NCBI GenBank assembly: GCA_947591495.1
Contig: CANQDG010000004.1
Location: 5,358 to 69,357, forward strand
DNA length: 64,000 nucleotides
Direction: 5' to 3'
DNA from: an uncultured Bacilli bacterium
Lineage (GTDB): Bacteria; Bacillota_I; Bacilli_A; ML615J-28; CAG-313
The position numbers and the translations under genes were made by a program. Of this stretch, positions 38,951 to 47,868 are shown piece by piece; position 1 is the stretch's first letter, and every line of letters begins with the position of its first letter. Below the pieces are notes generated by a model, which was not told the origin of the DNA, searched no databases, and saw only the letters and a program-made list of their open reading frames with translations.

Positions 38951-39476
38951 TTTATCACTACATATTTTAGATGTTGCAAGTAATGCTTTTAAAGCGCAAG
39001 CATCGCTTGTTAAAATAACAATTAAAGAAAATAGCACGACAATTCAAATATGGATTGAAGATAATGGTTGTGGAATGAGTCAAGAGGTTTTATCACAAGT
39101 TACAAATCCCTTTTATACCTCAAGAACCACCAGAAAAGTTGGACTTGGACTACCACTTTTTAAACAAACATGTGAACAAACAGGTGGCTTTTTAGAAATT
39201 ACATCCCAAATAAACCAAGGAACAATGGTTCATGCTTTGATGTATAAAAATCATATTGATGCCATTCCGATGGGAAATTTAGCGGAAAGTCTTTTTGTCT
39301 TAATTATGAATCCATATAATTGTGATGTTGCTTTTGAAATGAATTTTGAAGATCCAAATAAAACGCCTTTTGTGCTTGACACAAGAGAAATTAAAGAAGT
39401 TTTAGATGGCGTTGCCTTAACCGAAAATGCGGTAAGCATTTGGCTTAAAGAATATATAGAAAAGGAATTATTATAA
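38943..39476 (+). CDS. GHKL (HATPase_c) ATP-binding protein
   Basis: HILDVASNA, IEDNGCGM and GLGLPLFKQ. Confidence 0.7.
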   Translation: MIDLSLHILDVASNAFKAQASLVKITIKENSTTIQIWIEDNGCGMSQEVLSQVTNPFYTSRTTRKVGLGLPLFKQTCEQTGGFLEITSQINQGTMVHALMYKNHIDAIPMGNLAESLFVLIMNPYNCDVAFEMNFEDPNKTPFVLDTREIKEVLDGVALTENAVSIWLKEYIEKELL

Positions 39477-39494
39477 GAAAGTAGAGGAATAGCA

Positions 39495-39869
39495 ATGAAA
39501 AGTTTAGCAGAATTAAAGAAAATTAGAGAAGAAGCCGCCAATCGAATGAATTTGCGGGCTGCTAAGGATGGTTATCGTGTAGCAGTTGGAATGGCTACAT
39601 GTGGAATCACTGCTGGTGCAAGACCAGTTTTAGCTGCTTTTGTTGAAAAGGTTGCTAAAGAAAACTTAGATAACGTTATAGTTACTCAAGTAGGTTGCCT
39701 TGGCGAATGTGCCCTTGAACCTGTTGTTGAAGTATTTGATGCAGAAGGCAATCGTACAACATATGCTAAAGTTCACGTTGAAGATGTTGATAAAATTGTT
39801 GAAGAACATCTTAAAGGTGGCAAAGTTGTAACAGAAAAAACATTAGAAGTAATTAAAAATGCAAAGTAG
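39495..39869 (+). CDS. Thioredoxin-like 2Fe-2S ferredoxin (HydD/HndB type)
   Basis: VGMATCGITAGA ... VGCLGECALEP. Confidence 0.8.
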   Translation: MKSLAELKKIREEAANRMNLRAAKDGYRVAVGMATCGITAGARPVLAAFVEKVAKENLDNVIVTQVGCLGECALEPVVEVFDAEGNRTTYAKVHVEDVDKIVEEHLKGGKVVTEKTLEVIKNAK

Positions 39870-39878
39870 GTGTAAGAT

Positions 39879-41672
39879 ATGTTAGTACGTGCACAAGTAT
39901 TAGTATGTGGTGGCACAGGATGCCTATCATCAAAATCCGATAAAATTAAAGATGCTTTTATTGAAAATATTAAAGCCCTTGGTCTTGATAATGAAATTCA
40001 AGTTATCCAAACAGGATGCTTTGGTCTTTGTGAAAGAGGTCCAATTGTAATTGTATACCCTGATCAAACATTCTATTCACATGTTAAAGTAGAAGACGTT
40101 CCTAAAATTTGTTCTGAACATCTTTTAAAGGGTCGTATTTATGAACCTAAAGCCTATAAAGAAGCAACTGAAGAAGAACTTGCAAAAATCAAATCTTTTG
40201 GTGAGGTTGGTTTTTATAATAAACAACTTCGAATTGCTCTTCGTAATTGTGGAATGATTAATCCTTTTGATATCAATGAGGCAATAGGTAAAAATGCTTA
40301 TCAAGCACTTGGAAAATGTTTAACTGAATATACTCCTAGTGAAGTTATTGATATTATTAAAAAATCCGGACTTCGTGGTCGTGGAGGCGGTGGCTTTCCA
40401 ACTGGCTTAAAATGGGAACTTTGTGCTAAAAATAATGCTGATCAAAAATATGTTATTTGTAATGCTGATGAAGGCGACCCTGGAGCATTTATGGATCGTT
40501 CGGTCTTAGAAGGTGATCCTCATAGTGTAATTGAGGCAATGGCAATTGCAGGATACGCAATTGGCGCTTCAATGGGTTATGTTTATATTAGAGCAGAATA
40601 CCCTGTTGCGGTTGAAAGACTCCAATATGCAATCAAACAAGCTAGAGAATATGGTCTTCTTGGCCAAGATATTTTTGGTAGTGGTTTTAATTTTGATATT
40701 GATGTAAGACTTGGTGCTGGTGCATTCGTTTGTGGTGAAGAAACCGCCCTAATTGCTTCAATTGAAGGTGAACGTGGTATGCCAAGAAATAAACCACCAT
40801 TCCCTGCTGAAAAAGGTCTTTGGGGTAAACCTACTATCATCAATAATGTTGAAACTTTAGCTAATATTCCTGTAATTATCCTTAATGGTTGGGAATGGTT
40901 CTCATCAATTGGAACAGAAAAATCTAAAGGAACAAAAGTATTTGCTCTTGGTGGTAAAATTAAAAATACAGGTCTTGTTGAAATTCCAATGGGAACAACT
41001 TTAAGAGAAGTTATTTATGATATTGGTGGAGGATGCCCTAATGGTAAAGCCTTTAAAGCTGTTCAAACAGGTGGTCCATCAGGTGGATGCTTAACAGCCA
41101 AACATTTAGATACGCCAATCGATTATGATAACCTTGTAGCACTTGGATCAATGATGGGTTCTGGTGGTATGATTGTTATGGATGAAAATAACTGTATGGT
41201 CGATGTTGCAAGATTCTTCTTAGACTTTACGGTTGATGAATCATGTGGTAAATGTACACCTTGTCGTGAAGGAACTAAAAGAATGTTAGAAATTCTTAAG
41301 AAAATTACGGAAGGTAAAGGCACTTTAGAAGATTTAGATCGATTAGAAGAACTTGCTAAAATGATTAAAGATTCATCTCTTTGTGGTCTTGGTCAAAGTG
41401 CACCAAACCCTGTTCTTTCAACGCTTGCTAACTTTAGAGATGAATATGTTGCACACGTTGTTGATAAAAAATGTCCTGCAGGTGTATGTAAACCATTACT
41501 TACTTTTGTAATTACTGATGATTGTATTGGTTGCACAAAATGTAAGAGAAATTGCCCAGCTGATGCTATTAGTGGTGAACTTAAAGGTAAACACTATATT
41601 GATCCTGCAAAATGTATTAAATGTGGAACTTGCGTAAAGGGTTGCCCTAAGAACGCAATTGTTGTCCAATAA
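39879..41672 (+). CDS. NuoF-like NAD(P)H/FMN subunit (HydB/HndC type)
   Basis: GLRGRGGGGFPTG, ADEGDPGAF, ESCGKCTPCREG and two C-terminal CxxCxxCxxxCP motifs. Confidence 0.93.
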   Translation: MLVRAQVLVCGGTGCLSSKSDKIKDAFIENIKALGLDNEIQVIQTGCFGLCERGPIVIVYPDQTFYSHVKVEDVPKICSEHLLKGRIYEPKAYKEATEEELAKIKSFGEVGFYNKQLRIALRNCGMINPFDINEAIGKNAYQALGKCLTEYTPSEVIDIIKKSGLRGRGGGGFPTGLKWELCAKNNADQKYVICNADEGDPGAFMDRSVLEGDPHSVIEAMAIAGYAIGASMGYVYIRAEYPVAVERLQYAIKQAREYGLLGQDIFGSGFNFDIDVRLGAGAFVCGEETALIASIEGERGMPRNKPPFPAEKGLWGKPTIINNVETLANIPVIILNGWEWFSSIGTEKSKGTKVFALGGKIKNTGLVEIPMGTTLREVIYDIGGGCPNGKAFKAVQTGGPSGGCLTAKHLDTPIDYDNLVALGSMMGSGGMIVMDENNCMVDVARFFLDFTVDESCGKCTPCREGTKRMLEILKKITEGKGTLEDLDRLEELAKMIKDSSLCGLGQSAPNPVLSTLANFRDEYVAHVVDKKCPAGVCKPLLTFVITDDCIGCTKCKRNCPADAISGELKGKHYIDPAKCIKCGTCVKGCPKNAIVVQ

Positions 41673-41683
41673 GGAGGTATAAC

Positions 41684-43474
41684 ATGGAAAATTTAGTAAA
41701 AATCACTATTAATAATCAAACGGTCGAAGTTCCATCTAATTATACCATTATGCAAGCCGCCGATTCGGTTGGTATTGATATTCCTCGTCTTTGTTATTTA
41801 AAAGGCATTAATGAAAATTCTTCTTGCCGTGTTTGTGTTGTTGAAATTGAAGGGATGAGATCACTTAAAAACTCTTGCACCGTAACGGTTGGTTCTATTT
41901 TAAATCGTGAAAGAACGGCTAAAATTTATACCAACTCTAAACGCGTAAGATCAGCTGTTCGTCAAACCCTTGAATTAATTGCGGCTAATCATCGCTTTGA
42001 TTGTTGGAAATGTCCAAGAGAACATAACTGTGAACTTCTTAGCTTACTTAGAAGATTTGCTATCGATAATACAATGGCAGAATCAGGTGAATTTGTTAAA
42101 AAATTACCTATCATCAACGAAAGTGATGCAATTGTATTTGATTCATCAAAATGTGTACTTTGTGGAAGATGTATTGGTGCTTGTGAAAAATTAGCCGGAA
42201 CCGGCGTGCTTAATTTCAATGAACGTGGCTTTGTTACATGTGTTGGAACCGCCCTAAATCATGATATTGAAGATGCTGGTTGTATATATTGTGGTAAATG
42301 TATTCAAGCATGTCCAACAGGTGCTATTCATGAAAAAGAACAAATTGATTTAGTTGAAGAAGAACTTTCAAATCATGAAAATTATTTAGTTGCAACCTTT
42401 GCTCCAGCTGTTCGTGCTGCGATTGGTGAAGAATTTGGTAACGAAATTGGCACTAACTGTGAAGGTAAACTTTATGCATCATTTAAAGAACTTGGTTTTG
42501 ATGATATTACTGATGTTAACTTTGGCGCTGATCTTACCATTATGGAAGAAGGAACTGAATTTATTGAACGTTTAACTAAATTCTTAAAAGGTGAAAAAGT
42601 AGCTTTCCCAATGATTACTTCTTGCTCACCTGGTTGGATTCGTTATATTGAACATTATTATCCAGAATATTTAGCTAATCTTTCAACATGTAAATCACCA
42701 CAACAAATGCAAGGTTCAATGATTAAACATTATTACGCAAAGAAAATTGGTGTTGATCCAAGTAAAATTAAAGTCGTTTCTGTAATGCCTTGTATTGCTA
42801 AAAAATATGAAGCACATCGCCCTGAAATGGAAAATGATGGCCTTCGTGACATTGACTATGTTTTAACTACAAGAGAATATGCTCGCCTTGTTAAGCGTAG
42901 TGGCATTGATTTTAACAATTTAAAAGATTATGTTCCAACAAGTCCGCTTGCTAAATACACTGGTGCTGGTGTTATCTTTGGCGCAACCGGTGGTGTAATG
43001 GAAGCAGCCCTTAGAACAGTTGCTTTTAAACTTGATCCAAAACATGCTGATAGCCTTGATTTTTCGGCTGTTAGAGGTGTTGATAATGGTATCAAAGAAA
43101 CAACCGTTAAAATTGCTGATGTTGATGTCAATATCGCTGTTGTTCATGGCACAGTTAATCTTCCTGAAATGTTTAGAAGAATTAAAGAAGGCAAAAAACA
43201 ATATCATTTTATTGAAGTAATGGCATGTACTGGTGGATGCATCAATGGTGGTGGTCAACCAATTGTCAAAGCAAAACGTCAAGAAGAAGTAGATGTTAGA
43301 AAACTTCGTGCTGATGTTTTATATCAAATTGATAAAGATGCTAAACTTCATAAATCACATGAAAATCCAGCTATAATTGATGCATATAAAGAATTCTTAG
43401 GTGAACCTAATGGTCATCTTGCTCATAAATTATTACATACAACTTATAGCGCAAAGGGTAAATATTCTAAATAA
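41684..43474 (+). CDS. hydA: [FeFe] hydrogenase catalytic subunit, multi-cluster (HydA; NuoG-like N-terminus)
   Basis: N-terminal 2Fe-2S Cys, HRFDCWKCPREHNC, CVLCGRCIGAC, CIYCGKCIQACP. H-cluster motifs are TSCSPGW, MPCIAKKYE and EVMACTGGCINGGGQP. Confidence 0.92.
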   Translation: MENLVKITINNQTVEVPSNYTIMQAADSVGIDIPRLCYLKGINENSSCRVCVVEIEGMRSLKNSCTVTVGSILNRERTAKIYTNSKRVRSAVRQTLELIAANHRFDCWKCPREHNCELLSLLRRFAIDNTMAESGEFVKKLPIINESDAIVFDSSKCVLCGRCIGACEKLAGTGVLNFNERGFVTCVGTALNHDIEDAGCIYCGKCIQACPTGAIHEKEQIDLVEEELSNHENYLVATFAPAVRAAIGEEFGNEIGTNCEGKLYASFKELGFDDITDVNFGADLTIMEEGTEFIERLTKFLKGEKVAFPMITSCSPGWIRYIEHYYPEYLANLSTCKSPQQMQGSMIKHYYAKKIGVDPSKIKVVSVMPCIAKKYEAHRPEMENDGLRDIDYVLTTREYARLVKRSGIDFNNLKDYVPTSPLAKYTGAGVIFGATGGVMEAALRTVAFKLDPKHADSLDFSAVRGVDNGIKETTVKIADVDVNIAVVHGTVNLPEMFRRIKEGKKQYHFIEVMACTGGCINGGGQPIVKAKRQEEVDVRKLRADVLYQIDKDAKLHKSHENPAIIDAYKEFLGEPNGHLAHKLLHTTYSAKGKYSK

Positions 43475-43532
43475 CAAAAAACTCTAGAGGATAAATCCTT
43501 TAGAGTTTTTATTAGGCTTATTAAAATAAAAA

Positions 43533-44165
43533 TTATCGAAGATTACTTGATGGATCATGCAATGTCAAATAAAGATAGCCATCCTTTTTAATTTTACTAA
43601 TGATATGTTTTTTTTCTAATTTAGTGATTTCTCTTGCAAGTGATGGTCTAGGAATAGAAAGAGTTTTCGCAAGTGCTGTCACATTTTTAATTCTAATTTG
43701 ATTTGTTTTTTGCTTTTTTTCTTTACTAGATAAATAATAAATTAAACGATCAGTAATATTCTTATGTTTAAATAGTTTTATTTCTTGTTTGAGACTTAAT
43801 GCTTTTGTGGAAATAATAGTTAAAAATTCTTTTAAAAATAAGGGATTTTCTTTAAATAAAATTAGTAAATGATCTTTAGATATATATCTAATAGTTGTTT
43901 TCTTTAAACTAATAGCATGGCCTAAATAAAAAGGTTCTTGACTAAATAATAGTAAATCTCCAAAATAGTCACCTTCTTTTAAATAGGTAATACTTTCTTC
44001 TTTTTCAGTATAGGTTATTTCAACTATATCAACTTCTCCTTTAAGAAGATAACCAATTCTTTCACAAAGTTGATTTTCATTAAAAAGAACTTCATTTGTT
44101 TTATAAGTTTTAGTATATGTATATTTTGCTAATTGTTCAGGTGTTAATAAATCAAATATATTCAT
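43533..44165 (-). CDS. Crp/Fnr-family transcriptional regulator
   Basis: cNMP-binding-like N-terminus (GDYFGDLLLF) and C-terminal HTH (LAKTLSIPRPSLAREITKLEK). I prefer the start at MNIFDLL (AGGAG 7 nt upstream) over the ORF-track start at 44228. Confidence 0.8.
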   Translation of the reverse strand: MNIFDLLTPEQLAKYTYTKTYKTNEVLFNENQLCERIGYLLKGEVDIVEITYTEKEESITYLKEGDYFGDLLLFSQEPFYLGHAISLKKTTIRYISKDHLLILFKENPLFLKEFLTIISTKALSLKQEIKLFKHKNITDRLIYYLSSKEKKQKTNQIRIKNVTALAKTLSIPRPSLAREITKLEKKHIISKIKKDGYLYLTLHDPSSNLR

Positions 44166-44219
44166 AAGCATTCTCCTACATAATAAAAATGTTACAAAAT
44201 TGTAGCATACGTTACCAAA

Positions 44220-44237
44220 GTGTAACATTTGTTACAC
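44220..44237. promoter_or_regulatory. Perfect inverted repeat GTGTAACA-tt-TGTTACAC (TGTAA-N6-TTACA core), candidate Crp/Fnr-type operator
   Basis: Sits in the divergent intergenic region between the Crp/Fnr gene and the ABC substrate-binding gene. More GTTAC/GTAGC pentamers occur at 44191, 44202 and 44211. Confidence 0.5.
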
Positions 44238-44315
44238 TTTTTTATTATATCATATGATATAATATTTTTGCAAAATAAATAATAAATTATCGTAAATAAT
44301 ATTAATGGAGGATAT

Positions 44316-45257
44316 ATGAAAAAAAGTAATTTAATTTTTAAAATGTGTTTTTTATTAACCATTATCTTAATGGTTTTTACGACAACTGGATGCGTTAATG
44401 ATAGTAAAGTTAGTGTTATTACACCAACTGGAACACCATCACTTGGCATAAGTAATGCCTTAAGCGATGAAAAGTTAATTAAATGTAATATTGTAGCAGG
44501 ATCTGATCCATTAATTGGTGCTTTTACTAATGCTAATTATGATATCATTTTAGCTCCTGTTAATCTTGGTGCTAAATTTTATAATAGCAATCCTAATTTT
44601 CAATATGTTTTATATGAAACCATTGTTTGGGGTAATTATTATCTTGCATCAACAAAAGAAATAAAAAGTTTTAGCGAAATGGATGGTCAAAAATTATTAG
44701 TATTTGGTAAAAATTCAACCCCTGATGTCGTTGTTAGAACCTTAATTGCTTCCTTAAATTTAGATGTTGAATTAGAATATGTTGATGATGTTTCAACAGC
44801 TAATTCGTATTTAATAGCAGGAAAAGCTGATTATATTGTTAGTGCTGAACCATCGCTTACTAAAGTTCAAAATAATCAAACCATTTACACACTTGATTTA
44901 CAAAGTGAATGGCAAAAATTAACTAATAGTTATGAACTTCCTCAAGCTGGTATTTTTGTTAAGAAAAGTAAAATTGATAATACACAAGTAAAAAAAGCCT
45001 TAGAAAAAATGATTGAATCAGTCAAAATGGCAAGTAGCGATCCTAATAGTTTAGTTGAACAAGCGGTTAGTATTGATGAGGCTTTAGCTAAAATAGGTAG
45101 CGAAACGCTTAAAAGTGCTATCAGTAGATGTAACCTTCGAACAAATGATAAACAAAAAGAAGCAATTGAATTTTATTTTAACAAAGTAATTGAACTAGGA
45201 ATCGGACAAACAGTTGGAGGAAAACTCCCAGATGAGGCATTCTACTACCAAAAATAA
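44316..45257 (+). CDS. ABC transporter substrate-binding lipoprotein (NMT1/sulfonate-nitrate-like)
   Basis: Lipobox TTTGC. Periplasmic-binding-protein-like length and composition. Confidence 0.7.
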   Translation: MKKSNLIFKMCFLLTIILMVFTTTGCVNDSKVSVITPTGTPSLGISNALSDEKLIKCNIVAGSDPLIGAFTNANYDIILAPVNLGAKFYNSNPNFQYVLYETIVWGNYYLASTKEIKSFSEMDGQKLLVFGKNSTPDVVVRTLIASLNLDVELEYVDDVSTANSYLIAGKADYIVSAEPSLTKVQNNQTIYTLDLQSEWQKLTNSYELPQAGIFVKKSKIDNTQVKKALEKMIESVKMASSDPNSLVEQAVSIDEALAKIGSETLKSAISRCNLRTNDKQKEAIEFYFNKVIELGIGQTVGGKLPDEAFYYQK

Positions 45258-46002
45258 AATTATCGATTCAACTTTCTTTTTACTCGCACTTTTTATTTTA
45301 TTAATTGCTTGGCTAATTACGGCCCATCATTATCAAAACGAATTGATTTTTCCTAAACTATCACAGATTTTTTTGGCTTTTATCAATATTTTTAAAAATG
45401 GAACTGCGTTAAAAGCGATTGGTTTTACGATTTTAAGAGTCATAATTAGTGTTGGTATTTGCTTTTTAATCGGTTTTATTATTATGAGTTTATATATCAT
45501 TTGGCCGATTAGTTTAGCTTTTTTCCGCCCATTTATAAGTATAATGCGCAGTATGCCCCTTGCCATCATCTCGCTTTTCATCTTTATTTTAATTGGTGAT
45601 AGGCTTGGCCCTTATCTTATTACTATTTTAATGAGTTTACCTGTTACAATTGAAGGCTTAATTGTTGCAACCGATGAAATCAATCAAGGGATTATTGATG
45701 AGGTTAAAACCTTAAAGGGAAGTATTTTTCAAAAAATAATTCATATTTATTTACCGATTATTATGCCTTATCTTTTAATGTGTTTAATTCAAACTTTAGG
45801 AATGAGTTTTAAGGTAATGATTATGGGTGAATATATATGTCAGTCCGCAAACAGTATTGGTAAAACTTTATATGGTATTAAAAGTAGTCTTGCTATGGAT
45901 GAATTAATCGCATATGGCATCTTAATTATTATTATTTCTTTTTTGTTTGAGTTTTTTGTTAATTTGTTAAAACAAGCAAATAATAAAAAAAGTAATATTT
46001 AA
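45232..46002 (+). CDS. ABC transporter permease
   Basis: Six hydrophobic segments with an EAA-like loop region. ATG at 45232; the ORF track starts at the TTG at 45214. Confidence 0.75.
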   Translation: MRHSTTKNKIIDSTFFLLALFILLIAWLITAHHYQNELIFPKLSQIFLAFINIFKNGTALKAIGFTILRVIISVGICFLIGFIIMSLYIIWPISLAFFRPFISIMRSMPLAIISLFIFILIGDRLGPYLITILMSLPVTIEGLIVATDEINQGIIDEVKTLKGSIFQKIIHIYLPIIMPYLLMCLIQTLGMSFKVMIMGEYICQSANSIGKTLYGIKSSLAMDELIAYGILIIIISFLFEFFVNLLKQANNKKSNI

Positions 46003-46058
46003 TTAAAAAAATCAAAAACGCTGTATAATAGTATTAGTAATGGTTTAGGAGGCTTAAA

Positions 46059-46532
46059 ATGAAAAAATATTTTATCATTTCACCATTTGTTTTTATTGCC
46101 TATTTCTTTCTTGTGTTTGATTATAAAGATTTATCAATAGAAAATATAATTAGCAGTATATTTGCAATCATCTTTTTATATGGAATTGTAACCTTAATTG
46201 CTTGGCTTATCGTAGAACATAAAGCCAAAGCAAAAGCGAAAAAAAATAATCCTAAAACCAAAACTACTCCACGCTCTACTAATAAGATTACGATTACTTT
46301 TGATAATGATGATAATAATGAAGAACCATCCTTAGTTAACCGAATTGCGAGAAGAGAATATATAAAAAACGGAATAAATTTAAACGATAAGAAAAAAAGT
46401 AATTTTGATGATATATTTGTTGATAATGAATTCTTACCTGGTGATAAATTATCAGCCGTTGATATGTTTTGGCTTGATGAAGATATCCAAGATGAAAAAA
46501 AACGCAAACAAAATCAAAAAAAGAAATATTAA
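46059..46532 (+). CDS. Hypothetical membrane protein with a Lys-rich tail
   Basis: ggagg RBS and two N-terminal hydrophobic helices. Confidence 0.5.
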   Translation: MKKYFIISPFVFIAYFFLVFDYKDLSIENIISSIFAIIFLYGIVTLIAWLIVEHKAKAKAKKNNPKTKTTPRSTNKITITFDNDDNNEEPSLVNRIARREYIKNGINLNDKKKSNFDDIFVDNEFLPGDKLSAVDMFWLDEDIQDEKKRKQNQKKKY

Positions 46533-46652
46533 AAGAGTCTTTTTAAAACTAAAAAATAATCAAAAGGCATTTATACTTTTTGATTATTTTCTTTTTTGTC
46601 TTCTTCTTTACAAAAAGTCCTAAATATTATATAATTTAAGTAAGAAAGGAAT

Positions 46653-47858
46653 ATGCTTATGTTTTTTGCAAAACCAGGTCAATTTCCCCCTTGTGGGATG
46701 TTTAGTCTAACTCATTTAATCGTCTTATTTATATGTATTTGTTTAATCATTACAGGTGTTTTTTTATCAAGACATATGTCCTATCACCAGCTTACCATTA
46801 TAACAAGAATCATTGCGATTGGACTAGTTATTTTAGAAACTAGTAAGATGATCTTTTCTTATTTTAATGAAAATAAAGCTATTACAAGTATTTTACCCCT
46901 CCATTTTTGTTCCATTTTTATTTATGCGACTATTCTTGCGGGATTTACTAAAGGCATATTTCAAAAAGTAGGAGAAGCTTTTATTGCCAGTGGTGCAATT
47001 GTTGCGGGGGGATTCTTTTTAGTAATGCCCACAACTTCTGTTACAATTTTTCCAATGTTTCATTTTTTGTCTTGTTATAGTATGCTTTTTCATAGTTTAA
47101 TGGTTTATTTAGGTATTACCTATTTAATAACAAAACGCGTTTCATTAAATAAAAAAGTTTTCTTAAGATATAGCGTTTTTTGCACTATCTTTGCGGTGAT
47201 TGCTTATGTTATTAATTTAATTTGTGATAGTAACTTAATGTTTTTAAAAGAGCCTTATAATATTCCTATTACCTTACTAGCCGATATTGCAACAAATGTC
47301 CCTTTCTTATATAGCTTAATTATTTATGCTAGTTGCACATATGGCACTTATTTTATTGTTTATGCTATTTATTTAATTTGTAACCGAAATGTTTATAAAG
47401 AAAATGTCATTTTAACAAATATGTGTTTAATTGAAAACCTTGATACGGATGAGGTTGTTGTCATTAATCGCATTAAAGATTGGAAAGGTGTTGCTTTTCC
47501 AGGAGGTCATATTGAAAAAGGCGAGGCCATTGTGCCATCGGTAATAAGAGAAATCAAAGAAGAAACGGGTTTAGATATAACTAATCTTCAATTTTGTGGT
47601 ATTAGAGATTGGTTTGATTCTAAAACAGCCGAAAGAAATATAGTCTTTATGTTTAAAACATCAACCTACACTGGAGAACTTATTAAAGATGATTTTCCTG
47701 AAGGAATGGTCGAATGGCGCAATTTAAAGATGGTCAAAGAAGAAGAATATGCTCGCGGTTTAGATAAAGAATTAGCAATCTTTTATCAACAGGATATCAA
47801 TGAATTCTTTTCTGAATATAACGAAAAAGATGACACATGGAATTTAAAAAAATATTAA
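46653..47858 (+). CDS. Fusion of a YwaF-like integral membrane domain and a NUDIX hydrolase
   Basis: N-terminal FFAKPGQFPPCGMFSLTHL and multiple TM helices. C-terminal NUDIX box GGHIEKGEAIVPSVIREIKEETGL. Confidence 0.75.
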   Translation: MLMFFAKPGQFPPCGMFSLTHLIVLFICICLIITGVFLSRHMSYHQLTIITRIIAIGLVILETSKMIFSYFNENKAITSILPLHFCSIFIYATILAGFTKGIFQKVGEAFIASGAIVAGGFFLVMPTTSVTIFPMFHFLSCYSMLFHSLMVYLGITYLITKRVSLNKKVFLRYSVFCTIFAVIAYVINLICDSNLMFLKEPYNIPITLLADIATNVPFLYSLIIYASCTYGTYFIVYAIYLICNRNVYKENVILTNMCLIENLDTDEVVVINRIKDWKGVAFPGGHIEKGEAIVPSVIREIKEETGLDITNLQFCGIRDWFDSKTAERNIVFMFKTSTYTGELIKDDFPEGMVEWRNLKMVKEEEYARGLDKELAIFYQQDINEFFSEYNEKDDTWNLKKY

Positions 47859-47868
47859 AGGAGTAGTT

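Noticed and set aside
42920-43282. Antisense and alternative-frame ORFs within hydA (42920..43282, 42928..43131, 43020..43220, 41979..42219, 42390..42575)
   Set aside because: All lie inside the well-supported hydA frame, which carries every H-cluster and Fe-S motif. They are frame shadows.
44192-44449. 85-aa minus-strand ORF and the N-terminal extension of the Crp/Fnr ORF to 44228
   Set aside because: Both cover the intergenic operator region and the start of the substrate-binding gene. An AGGAG box supports the shorter Crp/Fnr start at 44165.
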